Assembly: GCF_023055435.1 (NCBI RefSeq)
Contig: NW_025964372.1
Span: 35,836,001-35,900,000, forward strand
DNA: 64,000 nucleotides
Source: Haliotis rufescens
Taxonomy: Eukaryota
Direction: 5' to 3'
Under the pieces are notes generated by a model, which was given only the letters and a program-made list of their open reading frames with translations, did no database searches and had not been told where the DNA came from. The stretch's first letter is position 1; the number at the start of each line of letters is the position of its first letter. The translations under genes and the position numbers were made by a program. Positions 1 through 12,887 of this stretch are shown piece by piece.

Positions 1-165
1 GTGAACAACATGTAAACAAGACTGCAGACTTTGTGATTTGCTGTTGGGAAGTATTGGCATGAGTGTGAACAACATGTAAACAAGACTGCAGATGTCTCAG
101 TTTGCTGTTGGAACATACTGGCATGAGTGCGTACAACTTGTAAACAAGACTGCAGACGTCTCGGT
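1..165. repeat. About 64-bp tandem repeat, about 2.5 copies visible, truncated by the window start
   Basis: gtgaacaacatgtaaacaagactgcaga recurs at 1, 65 and about 129. Confidence 0.85.
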
Positions 166-749
166 TAGCTCTATTTCCCATTATGCATCATGAGTCAGCC
201 TGAAATGATACTATAGAAAAGGTATTTTTCTCCACGATTTAAATGCCCATAATTAGGGGTGCATATTATACATGAGTGCATATTATGCACAAATATATGC
301 AGTATGAAGGCTCCAGTATATATGTACAGTGTATGTAAATCCAGCTGTGCTGGTCCCTGGGATCGGTCTACCTGTATCATCACGCCCTCAAACGAGGTGG
401 TGACCACCTGAAGATGTAGTGTACCTATTTCTTGTAGAGGTATAGCTGACATTGCCATAGCTGACAGTATCACTTGTAGACACGGGGTTGCATCTTATCA
501 GAGACCATATACCGGTATATGGTCTAAGATCTTATATACCTGTTTGCCACAATGCAGGTGTGAGGGTTTTTTTCTGAAAGGCTTAAAAATATATAAATGT
601 TTGGTCTTGTTTTGCTTTGCAGCCTTTTCATACAATTCAGCAAATTTATGATCAATATATTTCTGCACATTTACAGTTCATTGTTCATTATATTATCACA
701 TATACATTTAATTAATATCAGCACATTAATCACTCATCTATTTCGGAAC

Positions 750-1290
750 ATTTACAATTACATGTAATTTCAACACATACAATTCAATAATTTCAGCACA
801 TACAATTCAATAATTTCAGCACATATACAATACAATAATTTCAGCACATATAAAATTCAATGATTTCAGCACATACAATCCAATAATCTCAGCACACATA
901 CAATTCAATAATTTCAGCACATATACAATTCAATAATTTCAGCACATATACAATTCAGACATTTATGCACATATACAATTCAATAATTTCAGCACATATA
1001 CAATTCAGACATTAATGCACATATACAATGCATTATTTTTAGCACATATGCAATTCAATAATTTAAGCACATACAATCCAATAATTTAAGCACATGCAAT
1101 TCAATAATTTCAGCACATATACAATGCAATAATTTCAGCAGATACAATCCAATAATTTCAGCACATATACAATACAATAGTTTCAGCACATATACAATGC
1201 AATAATTTCAGCAGATACAATCCAATGATTTCAGCACATTTACAATTCAATAATTTCAGCACATATACAATTCAATAGTTTCAGCACTTT
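750..1290. repeat. 24-26 bp minisatellite (caattcaataatttcagcacata[ta])
   Basis: About 20 directly visible copies. Confidence 0.9.
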
Positions 1291-1549
1291 AATATGCAAA
1301 TCATGCAAGAAATGATTGTGACAAACACAGCACCAGTTTGTGGAGAACCAGTTCAGATTAAACTTCTTTGCTGGTTGTTATCTATGCTAGTGAGTTTGTA
1401 AACACAGGTGATAGTGGCAGCTTCAAGGCTGGCCAGCCAGGCATGTCAGCTCAGCGAGTCAGCTGGTCTCTCCTGGGAATTACACACCATAGTGACTCGG
1501 GGTTGTTCAGTGGATGCTCTACACTGACTTTAACAAGTTAAAGAGCAGC

Positions 1550-1790
1550 ATTTGTTGTTTGTTGTTAACACCGCACTCAGCAATATTCCAGCTATATGAC
1601 GCCGGTCTGTATATAATCGAGACTGGGCAAGACAATCCAGTGATTGACATCATGAGCATCAATCCTTGCTTTTGGGATACGATGACATGCATCAACCAAG
1701 TCAGCGAGCCTGACCACAAGATCCATTTGGTCACCTTACAACAAACACAGGTTGCTGAAGACCAATTTTAACCTGGATCTTCATGGGGTT
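1550..1790 (-). mobile_element. SINE-like family C (no visible tRNA head, (AAAC)n tail). Other copies about 8720-8950+, 13165-13380+, 35405-35633-, 36010-36120+, 46636-46820+
   Basis: Dispersed sequence ccatgaagatcc..gaattggtcttcagcaacccatg..ggtggtcaggctcgctgacttggttgatgcatg..tagctggaatattgctgagtgcgg..aaacaac. Confidence 0.75.
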
Positions 1791-1802
1791 TAACCAATAA
1801 GA

Positions 1803-1967
1803 ATGAGTGAGTGAGTATGGTTTATGCTGCTTTTAGCAATATACCAGCAATATCATGATGAGGGACACCGGAAAATGGGCTTCACACATTGTACCCATGT
1901 GAGGAATCAAACCTGGGTCTTCGGCATGACAAGCCAACACTTTAACCACAAAGCTACCCCACCACCC
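1803..1967 (-). mobile_element. tRNA-derived SINE family A
   Basis: Reverse complement of the family A consensus, with (ACTC)n tail. Confidence 0.85.
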
Positions 1968-2175
1968 TTTAGTTTCTGAAGCTGCACACAAAGTTCTGCA
2001 TATTTTGATTAATTTGTTTCCACCACACCTGACATTTTACTTTTATTTCAGATAAACATGCAGTCTCCATTGTTTTCTGAAATTCTGGTGAAGAAGATGG
2101 GTGGAAAAGATATGAAGGCAACTATGTTGTGATTGGACGACCTTCACCTTCCTGTCACGCAGAGCAGACGTCATC

Positions 2176-2227
2176 ATGGCAGGGTGGACGAGTTTAACTG
2201 GATACCTCAACTTTAAGCCAGGGGGAG
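2176..2227 (+). CDS. TBC1D2B: TBC1D2B-like Rab GAP, coding exon 1 (MAGWTSLTGYLNFKPGG, PH domain start)
   Basis: ATG at 2176 with in-frame stops upstream. LTGYL resembles PH strand beta1. Donor G|GTAGG, phase 1. Likely acceptor ccttcctgtcacgcag at 2162 (alternative at 2051). Confidence 0.8.
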
Positions 2228-2927
2228 GTAGGACATTTACAATGTTAAAGTCTCTATGAATCTCTGTACTTTACGAAGAAAGTGTTATCACAAATATAAC
2301 ATCAGTTACATTAAAGTCTCTAGTTTATCAATAAGGGCTCTTGTGGCCCAGCTGTCAACAGCTCTGTAAATGCCTGTGCAGAGTTGCTCCCCTCAGTCAT
2401 ATCAGAATCTGATGATCATTTTCTCAAATCCCAAACTCATGTTTGAATTTTGTATGCATAATGGTTTGGACCTAAACAACTTATTGATTAAAGTAGGATT
2501 AAATAAAAAACCTGACTGATGATCTAAAATAATGTCATACCTATAGAGCCTTAGCTATAATTGTAATTTAACCTACAGGTAGCATTTAGATTACATTCAA
2601 TGTTTGTATCTGTGTCAGTTGAGCACAACCTCACTCTGAGACACATCGTTTACTTATTTTTTGGGCCAGACTTTTATTATTTCTTCGGTTGTGGATTTAA
2701 AAAATATTTAATGAAAAACACATGGCAAAATAATTTTTTATTATGCAAAAAGGTAATCTACCGGTTTGTTGCCATCTGTGCAGGGTCAGCCAAGCTTGGC
2801 GCACTGTTATAACCTATTGTCTTGCAGTTTAAACTATTGAATGCAAAATCATTTTATTGTGAACAGATGTATATGCATTCAGCAACACTACAAAAAGAGA
2901 TATTTTTATTTGCACTCTTCATTTTTT

Positions 2928-3310
2928 AGGGTTCGATTTCGAGTTTGCTTGGCTTATGTTTCGAGGTTTGTCAGCACTATGCCCGTGTGGGTTTCACCAA
3001 AGTGGTAAATGTCTGAGACTTGCATCACTTCGGGCTTTCCTCCCACATGCTTACATGCCGTGATATAACTGGAATACTGTTGAAAGCAGCGTTAAACCAA
3101 ACTCCATTTTGCGTTAAGGCAAACTCACTCACTCACTCACTCACTCACTCACTCACTCACTCACTCACTCACCAACCCACCCATACACCCACTCACTCAC
3201 CCAAACCCAACCACCCACCCACCCACTCATTCACTCACTCACCCACCCACCCACCCACCCACCCAGTCACTCACTCACTCACCCAAACCCAACCACCCAC
3301 CCACCCACTC
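2928..3310 (+). mobile_element. SINE family B, 5'-truncated, with expanded (ACTC/ACCC)n tail
   Basis: Matches the body of 46948-47230 (ggtttgtcagcac...tcgggctttcctcccaca...gccgtgatataactggaat). Confidence 0.8.
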
Positions 3311-4516
3311 GGTCTGTGACATCCGCGAACCAATTTTAGAAAACCATCTTACCATAGATTTATTCCTGTTTCCATAAAAGCTTTTAGTGAATCATAATCC
3401 AAGTGAGCCAAGTGATGCATACGATTACATCCAACTGAATCATCACATAACATCACATCATTCTGTTCACCAGCCTGTATGCGTATTACATAAGTATTGA
3501 CTTTTATATCATTACAATACCTATATACCAGTAGGTATATGGCGTGTTGATTCAAACAATTTCAAAATTGCAATATTGACCGAAAGCAGTAGATCCACGA
3601 AGGGAAAGCTAATCACTCACAAGGTGCTGTATAGATCTATGGCCACCTGTTGGCAGGGGAATAGTATTTTGATAAAGACGACAGTGGTACGTTGTGACAC
3701 AAATACCGCCATCATGAAGCGAAGACATCGAAATAGGAGACTTGCTTTGGATATTTTTAAAGAATATTTTGAGACCCACATCCCAGTGAGGGCGAGGCAC
3801 CTCACAATTGAGTTTCCTCCCCTAGTGATACCTGTGTTTGGAGGTAAGATCGGAGAATCGTGACTGCGTATTGATCTGATACTGACTCATTTCTGACTGG
3901 AAAATATCCCGAATGTATGACGAACCATATGGATTCGATGGTTTCGATTAATAGAGTTCTCTTTTTAAGATTTAGGTGTGTCATAATTGTTAGAAATTAA
4001 ATATATATATATATATATGTTAAAATAAACAACACTTGTATGTTTAATCTCCTACATCTTCAGTGATCATTTTCAGATGTTAAATTTGATCAAAATAATA
4101 CTTTCAGTTTATTTTTCTTGATATTTATAATAAACAAATATTCTAGTCACATGTAGAGTTAGGCAAAGTCTGTCTGCTTGTTAATAAATAAAAGCGACCA
4201 TACCTTTTCCATGCTTTGACGATGGCCGCCATCTGTGACACAGGCCGGAATGTGTCAGGTGCACCCACTACACACGGACACCACAACATGAAGCTTATGT
4301 CGGACATGTACTAGGCATTGATATAAATATTTATTAAATTATTGTATGGAAAGGAATCCTGCATTGAGATTTCTGATACAACTGTAATTGCTCTGTATGC
4401 GGAGATGTAATCACGTCATCATGTGACCAGCCGCTGACAAATGTAACTCTACCTTTCCTGTCTGTGCTTAAGTCACCTCATTTAAGAAATAAACGATGAG
4501 TGGGAGTTGTTTATCA

Positions 4517-4597
4517 TACAATAAAACACTGCAGGGAGAATAAACCATGAGGGCTGCAGCCCCGAGTGGTTTATTCTCCCTGCAGTGTTTTATTGTA
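4517..4597. repeat. Perfect 31-bp-arm inverted repeat (hairpin)
   Basis: tacaataaaacactgcagggagaataaacca ... tggtttattctccctgcagtgttttattgta. Confidence 0.85.
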
Positions 4598-5156
4598 CAA
4601 AAGATGAGATGAGATGTCAATATTATGTACAGCCTCTTTATGAATGATGATAAGATGTACAAGCTTTAAACATTTTTACCCGTACTTAGATAATGATGAC
4701 TCCCTTAATACAATCCGTCCTGGGCAATGTCGGACAAATCCATTTTATCAATTTTATTCCATATTCTTACAATCCTCACGTCAGTTGCCTGTACACTTGC
4801 TCCCAAGACAGATTGTCATATCTCTACTGTTTTTGGATGCAATTATTTGGCCATTACGTTCATCTGCGTTTCCAGCTACATCTATAGGGAATAACTTACT
4901 AGATACTCCCCTCTAAAAAATAGCGTCATCCAATATACAACGTCTTCAAGTTGTGAGCACATGTTTGGATCTCCAGAAATGACGTGATGATAGAACAATG
5001 TTTTATCCTAAAATAAACCCCGCTTCATTCTTCATTGTTCTTTGCGATTATCTTATATTCGTGGATAACCCACACTGCATCGTCCAATATGTGAAAACAA
5101 AAAACAAATGAGGGAAAAATTATTTTATCTTATGTTTATCAACACTCTTGTCTTAA

Positions 5157-5446
5157 TGAGAAAATACGCAAGGTAATCTTAATCCCTGGATGTAAAACAA
5201 TGCCTAGCAGAACAAAAATACAATTTAAACGGTAGATCAACATATTTGGTGATTTTGTATCTCAAATTTCAAATTTGTACTGAACAAGTCTCTTATCACA
5301 CGTTCTTTTACCGGACTTCGCTTAAGGAGTACGGTGAATTTTTTTTACCGGCCTAATATTCAATTTGTTTTTTACAAAATGCTGAATCCGCTAGAGGGGG
5401 GTGCACATTATACTTGGGTGCGCACTATACTCAAGAAAATATGGTA
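5157..5446 (+). mobile_element. End fragment of a Tc1/mariner-like non-autonomous element, homologous to 10385-10677
   Basis: About 290-bp shared block ending in gggtgcgcactatac..aagaaaata(c/t)ggta. Confidence 0.7.
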
Positions 5447-6119
5447 ATGTTTACTCGAAAGGTGTAAGTTGGCCAGAAGGATTGGCATCAGCGTTAGCTC
5501 TCCGTAATCTGTCAACCTCAATGTTTCTGGTCTGCTATACAACATAAGAGCTGACATATTCTACTTTGTGTCGTCTGCCAACTGCAGAGCCTGAATAAAT
5601 CCATGATGACGGTAGTAAACAGGTCTGACGGAGATGTGTGTGTCATCTGTGTAGGCCATAAAGCAGGAAGGTGTGCATGGCCTCCAAGTGGGGCACTTGG
5701 CTGACTGTTTTTCCTGACCATGTGGATCATTGCCCATGTTATCAACCACACATTTAATTATCTGCCTACTGTAAAACTTTCAATCAATAAAATACGAAAA
5801 AGACCGAGAAATGAAGTCTTTTGGGTAAATGTTTCACCAATTCTATATCGCCTCGCAGCCAGTGTCTTTAAAATGCCCCAAGGGTTAGTGACACGTTCAG
5901 CTTCTGAGTAACCTCCATAGATGTCCATTGCACTGCCGAGAGTGCTTCAAAACAATGGTGAGGTCTGGTGAAATGGGGTTTAACGTCACGTTCAAGATTA
6001 TTGTACTTATATGGTGAAGTGCATGATTGCGTGGGCTACATAATCGTAATACATATTCAGGGAGATTCTAGATCAAACCCATGATTAGCATAGTCCACTG
6101 GGCCATCCAAGATAGAGTT

Positions 6120-6233
6120 CAGGGCCCACTTGCACAAAGCAATCTTAGCGCTAAGACATATTGTTATCCTATGTTAAAGTATGGGAGTTACAATCATCTT
6201 AGCGCTAAGATTGCTTTGTGCAAGTAGGCCCTG
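6120..6233. mobile_element. About 110-bp palindromic MITE, PIF/Harbinger-like. Other copies about 11842-11952, 15465-15575, 15760-16080 (three in tandem), 17165-17277; halves at about 7380, 63170, 63425
   Basis: ggcccacttgcacaaagcaatcttagcgctaaga...tcttagcgctaagattgctttgtgcaagtaggcc, flanked by CAG/CTG. Superfamily call is inference. Confidence 0.75.
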
Positions 6234-6377
6234 GAAAAGTCAGTCTATAAAATTTATTATAAGTCACAAAATGGCTGAAATACAGACAATTCATTCTTAA
6301 ACATAAACTTTACCTGGGTCATTCAGGATGATACATACTGCCAGCGAGTCATTAGAGGATTCTATGATGTGTTGCAG

Positions 6378-6555
6378 CTCTGAGTCGCCTCAAGTCCCGG
6401 AAGCGGATGTGGTGTGCCCTGGAAGAAAGTAAATGCCAGCTGTTGTACTACAAGTCGGAGGCTGATGCCCGGTCCAAGCCTCCCGCTGGGGAGGTCAACC
6501 TGAAGGGCGCCGCCATTACCCTTGACCTCGACAACCAGAACCAGTTTATTATCAT
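6378..6555 (+). CDS. TBC1D2B: TBC1D2B-like exon 2 (ALSRLKSRKRMWCALEESKCQLLYYKSEADARSKPPAGEVNLKGAAITLDLDNQNQFII, PH domain)
   Basis: gttgcag acceptor, gtaagt donor. Phase 1->2 fits both neighbours. PH-type LLYYK and GEVNL motifs. Confidence 0.92.
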
Positions 6556-6642
6556 GTAAGTATTCTATACCACCAGACCTTGATTATATCCTTGAACTCT
6601 GGAACTCTTAGACACTTCCCAAGTTGTGCTCTGTCAGCAATC

Positions 6643-6802
6643 GGGGCAGTCGGGTAGCCTGGTGGTTAAAGCGTTCGCTCATCACGCCGAAGACCCAGGT
6701 TTGATTCCCGACATGGGTACAATGTGAGAACCCATTTCTGGTGTACCCCGCCGTGATATTGCTGGAATATTGCTAAAAGTGGCGTAAAACCTTACTCACT
6801 CA
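6643..6802 (+). mobile_element. tRNA-derived SINE family A (tRNA-Asp-like head). Other + copies 7149-7316, 12994-13151, 15591-15757, 20398-20555, 48813-49005; degenerate about 20955 and 60325; partial - copy at 63965-64000
   Basis: A box TAGCCT(A/G)GTGG, B box GGTT(C/T)GATTCC, (ACTC)n tail, TSD ctct(g/c)tcagcaatc. Confidence 0.9.
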
Positions 6803-7811
6803 CTCTCTCAGCAATCTTAATCTACATATGCTGCATAGGAACAGCAGACTAATTAGGTGTAAAATTGTTCCCAAAGTTTTATATGTACTTCCTATGAAGC
6901 ATGTGACCCCGTGTCCTCAGTGTGACCTGTAGGTCGCTATGGAGATAAACACTATGTAAGCCAGTACTGGAACTATTGAGCACTATCTGGCAGATCTTCA
7001 CATGCAATGCCAGGTGAAACCGCTGGCTCTGGCAGATTTTATCAGGAGTTCATGGTATATTTGGGCTGTAGAAATTAAAACTATAGACATATATAGGTAA
7101 GTCATTCTTTGACAGATCTCTTTTAGACAATGTATTTCCAGTGTCTTAGGGGGCGGTCGGGTAGCTTAGTGGTTAAAGCGTTCACTCGTCACGATGAAGA
7201 CCCGGGTTTGATCCCCGACATGGGTATAATGTGTGAAGCCCATTTCTGGTGTCCCCCACCGTGATATTGCTGGAATATTGCTAGAAGCGGCATAAAACCA
7301 TACTCACTCACTCACTCTTCAGTGTCCTAGATGTCTGGGAAGGTTGTCAAGTTATGTTACAAGTTATGGAGTAATTGCCAGGCCCCGTTCCACAAAGTGA
7401 TCTTAGTGCTATCTCTGACTGTTGTAAGGCTAAGATAAATGCAAATCACAGCTAATTAATTCCCATATCAAGGGTGACTTGAATTTACACCAGGGCAACC
7501 AGCAAGCATGTTTAATCACAGTGCTTACATATTTCCTCTAATAGATGCTTCTGCTGTGTTATAATAAATATTTGGTATCTATTAGAGTCATTTTCATTTT
7601 CTATTAGAATCATTTTCGGTTTTACTACCCCCAGCATGTATAAGAGACTAGGTGTCTGTTTTTCCAAATTGGTTTTGACCCAGCATGTTTTAGACACCCA
7701 GTGTCACCACAAAAACTTCATTAGAGGAAGTAAGGTATTTTGGTCTGCTGTGCCTATCCATGCAGAGGATTTCTGTCTGTTATTAGTGGGTCTGTTACGT
7801 TGAACTTTGGA

Positions 7812-8092
7812 AGTGAGTGAGTGAGTTTGGTTTAATGCCGCTTTTAAGGGTATTCCAGTTATATCGCGGCGTGTCAGCTTAATGTGGGAGGAAAGCCCGA
7901 AGTGATGCAGGTCTCTGACGTTTACTACTTCAGTGAAACCCAAGAGCACGGGTATGGTGCTGACAAACCTAGAAACAGCATTGGGGCGAACCAGGATTCG
8001 AATCCACAATCATAGGTTTCTGGCATGCCCAAGGGATGCAACTCTGCACAGCAAATCGTGGGGCCTTAGACGACTGGGCCACCTGTGCCCCC
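7812..8092 (-). mobile_element. tRNA-derived SINE family B, full length
   Basis: Head ggtggcccagtcgtctaagg...ttcgaatcc, (ACTC)n tail, TSD aactt(t/c)ggaagt. Confidence 0.88.
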
Positions 8093-9539
8093 TAAACTTC
8101 GGAAGTAATCCGGTGTGGTATACATGATTACAAACATCAGACCACTGAAGTCCATGTGTGCATGTTCTGCCTGTATGATTCTACTCAAAGATTAATTTCA
8201 ACTGTTTACGAAGACCTTCGCTGTCAGATACATAATCCTTTGCTCCTGACAGATATAGGTATGTAGGTACACCACATGGGCTGACATAGAGGCTCAGCCA
8301 GGCAGCTGTCATAACGCCTACACCCAGCTCTCTGTCACCATGTACATTACCTGTCACGATCTTGATGACCTGTCAATCAAAGTAGAAATACGATATTCAT
8401 TTTGATTATGAAACTGACAAATGCAATAGAATGTTTTAAAGTCGGTGTAGGTGCTTGTCGTTTCATGTTTGCCACTGCGTTTCCAATTTATACAACTCAA
8501 AAGAAGTTAATGAACACCTGAGTCTATAAACAACAAATAAACAAACAAACAATAGGGTCAGGTGGTCGCTATGGCTACTGGCTACATTAATAATCTAATC
8601 ATTCATTTACTGGCGCTGTCTTACATAGACTGGAGTTAGGTCCCATGGTGTGTCTGGTGGCCCACATGGTCTGCAACTCGGAACGACAGAACGGTGGATT
8701 CTGAGTTTCAATAGGTCCCCAGCAACCGATGCTTGTTGTACAATGCGCCTTTATGGATCAGGTGGTCAGGCTTGTCATCACACCCAGTGTGCGGCATAAG
8801 ATCAATCACTGGTTCATCTGGTCCAGATGTGATTATTTACAGACTGATGTCATATAGTGGATTATTTGTTAAGAACGATCAAACGAACGAACGAACGAAC
8901 GAACGAACGAACGAACGAACGAACGAACGAACAAACAAACAAACAAACGAAGTTTTGGAAGTACAAGACAGCATGCATTTTTCTAGAGTGGCACGAATAT
9001 CATGTATCTTTGTGAAATGTCAACAATAGAATTCACATTGCACTTTTGCTAAAGTTTGAATTGCTCCTATGTTAAACTTTTTATTGTATCTAATCTTTCT
9101 TATGTTAAGAAGTGTGATGATTGAAGAGTATTTATTGATCTTGAAAGAGACACTGTAAAATGCACCATTCAATAGTGCTGAGTGGTCTGTATTGTGCAGT
9201 AGGTGTTATGAGGTTATCAGCCCAGTTGGTAGCTATGAGTGTGTAGTACCGGATGCCATCACACACTGGTGACAGCCTAGCTGGGCTGGGATGTCCACAG
9301 TGAAGGGCAGACTGCAGTAATGAGGTCCTGGACTGTGTCAACATGGGCTTACCGCTCCGGTAAAAACACAGGCCATATCTCTAGGAACGTGTAGTATTCG
9401 CTGATTGGACAAATAGTGTGCTTGGCCAGGTGGTGGCAATCAACTTGTAAGGATAATGATTACGTGAATAAATAAATTCTCATCGGCCCATCAAACCATT
9501 AATTCCTGCAATTCGATTCAGGAAAAAAATATCTTAGTT

Positions 9540-10677
9540 TTACCTAGATTATTTTTAGAATATATATATATGAGTATAGTGCGCACTTTTTTTTCGAAAA
9601 AACACAGCTGTGTAGAAGGGGGTGCGCATTATACACGAATTATGAGTTTGGATGTTTTTTTCCCCCATGGAAAGACATTGCCGTGAGCACGAAACACCGG
9701 GAATACCATGTCAACAAATCCATACTGAAGTACGCAAAATAATTATGTAATTACACTGTCTGGCTATAAAAAGTGTTCTTTGTATATCTGGACTTATGTT
9801 TGTAACTTATTTCATTGATTTTATTCAAAATTCCTTATAATATTGTTTTTATTAATTTCGGCGAAATCGTGTGTGAAGCGATCGGAAGATCGCACAACTC
9901 ACCGTTATTAACAGCAACCACGGTCAGAATACCGCTATTGACGCCTTGAAACAAACTTTAGTTGGCAGAGAATGGATACATATATCATAAATGACATACT
10001 TTGACTCGTTAAAAGTCATATTTGTTTTTGTTTGACGATTCTATGTCAACATGAAATTCTCGCGATCACGTGATCACGTGCGCGTGAGCCTTGACGGTGA
10101 CTGGTCAGACATGTTCCATGTAAAAAATAATATCCGGGAATAGCGATCAGCTGCTTCGCTTAGGGTTATTATTATTTTAAATATGTTTAGTAAAGGTTGC
10201 ATATAATTAAGAAAATAATGGAATATATTTTTCCTGATAAATAAAATAGTTTCAGATACAATTGTTGCCGATCCTTGCATTAAAAATCTTATAAAGTTAT
10301 ATCATTGGGTGTGTCTTGACCGAATCACCGGTCGATTCCAAGAAAACGTGTGTACAGCTGATTGCTGTTTCCAGCTTAGTTTACGAGAAAATACGCAAGG
10401 TAATCTTAATCCCTAAATATAAAACAATGCCTAGCAGAACAATAAATACTATTTAAACGGTAAATAAACATGTCTGGTGATTTTTTATCTCAAATTTCGA
10501 ATTTGTACTGACGAAGTTTCTCAGCACCCGTTCGTTTGCCGGACTTCGCTGAAAGGGTACGGTGTAAACAATTTCTGCGCATAATATTCAAATTTCTTTT
10601 TTTCCAAAATATTGAACCCGCTAGAGGGGGGTGCGCATTATACATGGGTGCGCACTATACACAAGAAAATACGGTAA
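9540..10677 (+). mobile_element. Non-autonomous Tc1/mariner(pogo)-like element, about 1.1 kb; left end uncertain
   Basis: Right end ...aaaatacgg|ta. Subterminal gggtgcgcattatac motifs near both ends. No transposase ORF. Confidence 0.6.
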
Positions 10678-11999
10678 TTGTTTTGTATTGAGCACCAAAC
10701 TTTGAATTATGTCAATGTATTACTTATTAATAAAAATTAAAAAACAAATAGTTATGTCCTCTAATTGTGATTAAAATGATACAACTTATTATCATACTTC
10801 CATGTATGAGATCTGATAAAGTCTACATGATCCTGATAAAATACTATGTATCCCACCTTGGAGGGAAATAAATTACTCAACAGGTGAATAAATCTGTTAT
10901 ACCCCACCAAGAACAGGAACAGGCAGCACGTGGATTTCTCAGAGGCAGAATAAATCCCTTATACTCTATTTCGATGCAAAAAGCTTTTTCCAAGTCAATG
11001 AAAGTCAAATAACATAGCACAAGTTAACCTCAGCTCAATCAAACAGCTATTTTCTATCAATTTTGAATTTGTTTGAATTCTTTTACAATGTCATTTTAAA
11101 ACATCTCGGTAAAATAAATTTGTTGTAGCAGGATCATGAGGGGTACATGGGGTACTTACATTGTAGCAGGAGAAACAAGTCTGAGGACGAGCTGCCTTAT
11201 ACAACAGAAGGTATTCAGTACAGTGTCATTGAGGAAAACAAGAAATAGCTTTCATTCTGAATAGATGTAAAAATATTATTTTAAACAGCCAAGAGGAAAA
11301 GATATGTAATTTCTGCATAATTATGCAATAATCACCACAAATCCAGACTGAGCTGAGGAAATCATTAAATTCCCACCGCTAGAGAATGTAAGGAAATTAG
11401 TAAAGACCTAGACATCAGGCGGAAAGTCCTACCACAAGGATTAGGGAGGATTAGACCAGCTGTAGTTTGTTTCTTGCAATGACTTTGTCGTATTGTTCCC
11501 AAAATGCATATTGTAGTGTTTCCTGTAGGGAAGGACAATGTGGTTGGAAATAATAAAAAAATACATTATTTCTGCATTACAACTTTTAATGATGGGATGT
11601 CACTATCAGTAACATTTTCAGATCCTAAAGTTAAATATATTATTTTATCCAAAACTGGCTTCCACAGGAGATGTTGCTTGGGTGAGATCAAGCTATATCT
11701 ACTAAGAGAGATCTCGCTACAATGAAATTGCATCAGAATGCTTTGTGACCATTGTGACATCATTGGTTAACGTGACATCGCAGTCGTCACTAATCTCTAT
11801 GCCACTGAAGATGGTTAGTTGTATCTTTGACACTAAGACAAAGGGCCCTGTTCTACAAAGTGATCATAGCACAACGACAGTCGTAAGTCTATGTTAAAGT
11901 ATGGGAGTTACGCTCACCTTAGTGCCATGATAGCTTTGTGAAACAGATCCCTGGTTATTACTGTTTACAAACTGAAAAAGTAGGAAGAAGGATCTTGGA

Positions 12000-12545
12000 C
12001 ATCTTCCCAAGGCAAGAGAGTTAACTGACTATAAAAGTCCAGTTTCCACTCTTGCCAAACTAGGCTTGAATTCCTGAGCTCAATGGTAGCGCCACCAGTG
12101 GTTATTACGAGTTATGTCCCTTTTAACCCTCTCCTATGGACCAATCATATTCCAGCTCCCGTATCACTTGCATTTGTTTCAAACAAAACGGCTGCGCCCA
12201 GTCAAGACGATCTGATCAATAATCAAGATCTATATTGTGATATGTAAGTCTTACATCGCAAAGTGCATCAAATCACGTGAGCACCTTGATTAAAAACACG
12301 AAAAGATTTAGAAAATATCTGTTGACAACGAGTTAGCGGTGCACATGCTTTGCAAATCCTGCATTCAACCGAAATCTGCATACCACTTTACGAACCGGAT
12401 TTCAATTTCGGTGCGCGATTTTGCTTGGACTACGCATAAACTCGTTAGTCCAGCCAAATTATTACTCCAAATGTATTCCTACCTAGTTCGGCAAGGGTGG
12501 AAACTGGACTTTTAAAGTCAGTGAACTCCTTGCCTCGGGAAGATG
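12000..12545. mobile_element. Non-autonomous Mutator(MULE)-like element
   Basis: About 65-bp TIRs (CATCTTCCC..GGCAAG...). Perfect 9-bp TSD gatcttgga at 11991-11999 and 12546-12554. Confidence 0.88.
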
Positions 12546-12814
12546 GATCTTGGATGATAAATAGAATCGCACCCAAGTCTCTTTTGATAACAAATATATT
12601 ATCATTCATCGAAAATGTTTTAAGATTTTAATACACTTGTGTTGACATATATGATATCAAGAGAGACTCGAGAAATGTCATGCGTATTGAAAGGGGAAAG
12701 AACATTATTCAAGTTGACACCAAATTGTGTTTGGTCTGGGTTGCACAGATATAAGGTACTGGTTCTATCGGGATGTTTGACTGTGAGGTTTAGCTGGTTT
12801 TTTATTTGTTGCAG

Positions 12815-12887
12815 GACAGAGGGAAAGGAGTTTGTACTGACAGCGGAGAATCATGAGTCCATGATGATCTGGCTGATGGCATTACAG
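12815..12887 (+). CDS. TBC1D2B: TBC1D2B-like exon 3 (TEGKEFVLTAENHESMMIWLMALQ, PH C-terminal helix)
   Basis: gttgcag / gtgagt. Conserved PH-helix Trp. Phase 2->0. Confidence 0.92.

Noticed and set aside
6643-6720. Apparent tRNA genes at SINE heads
   Set aside because: No intact acceptor stem; each is followed by a SINE body, tail and TSD.
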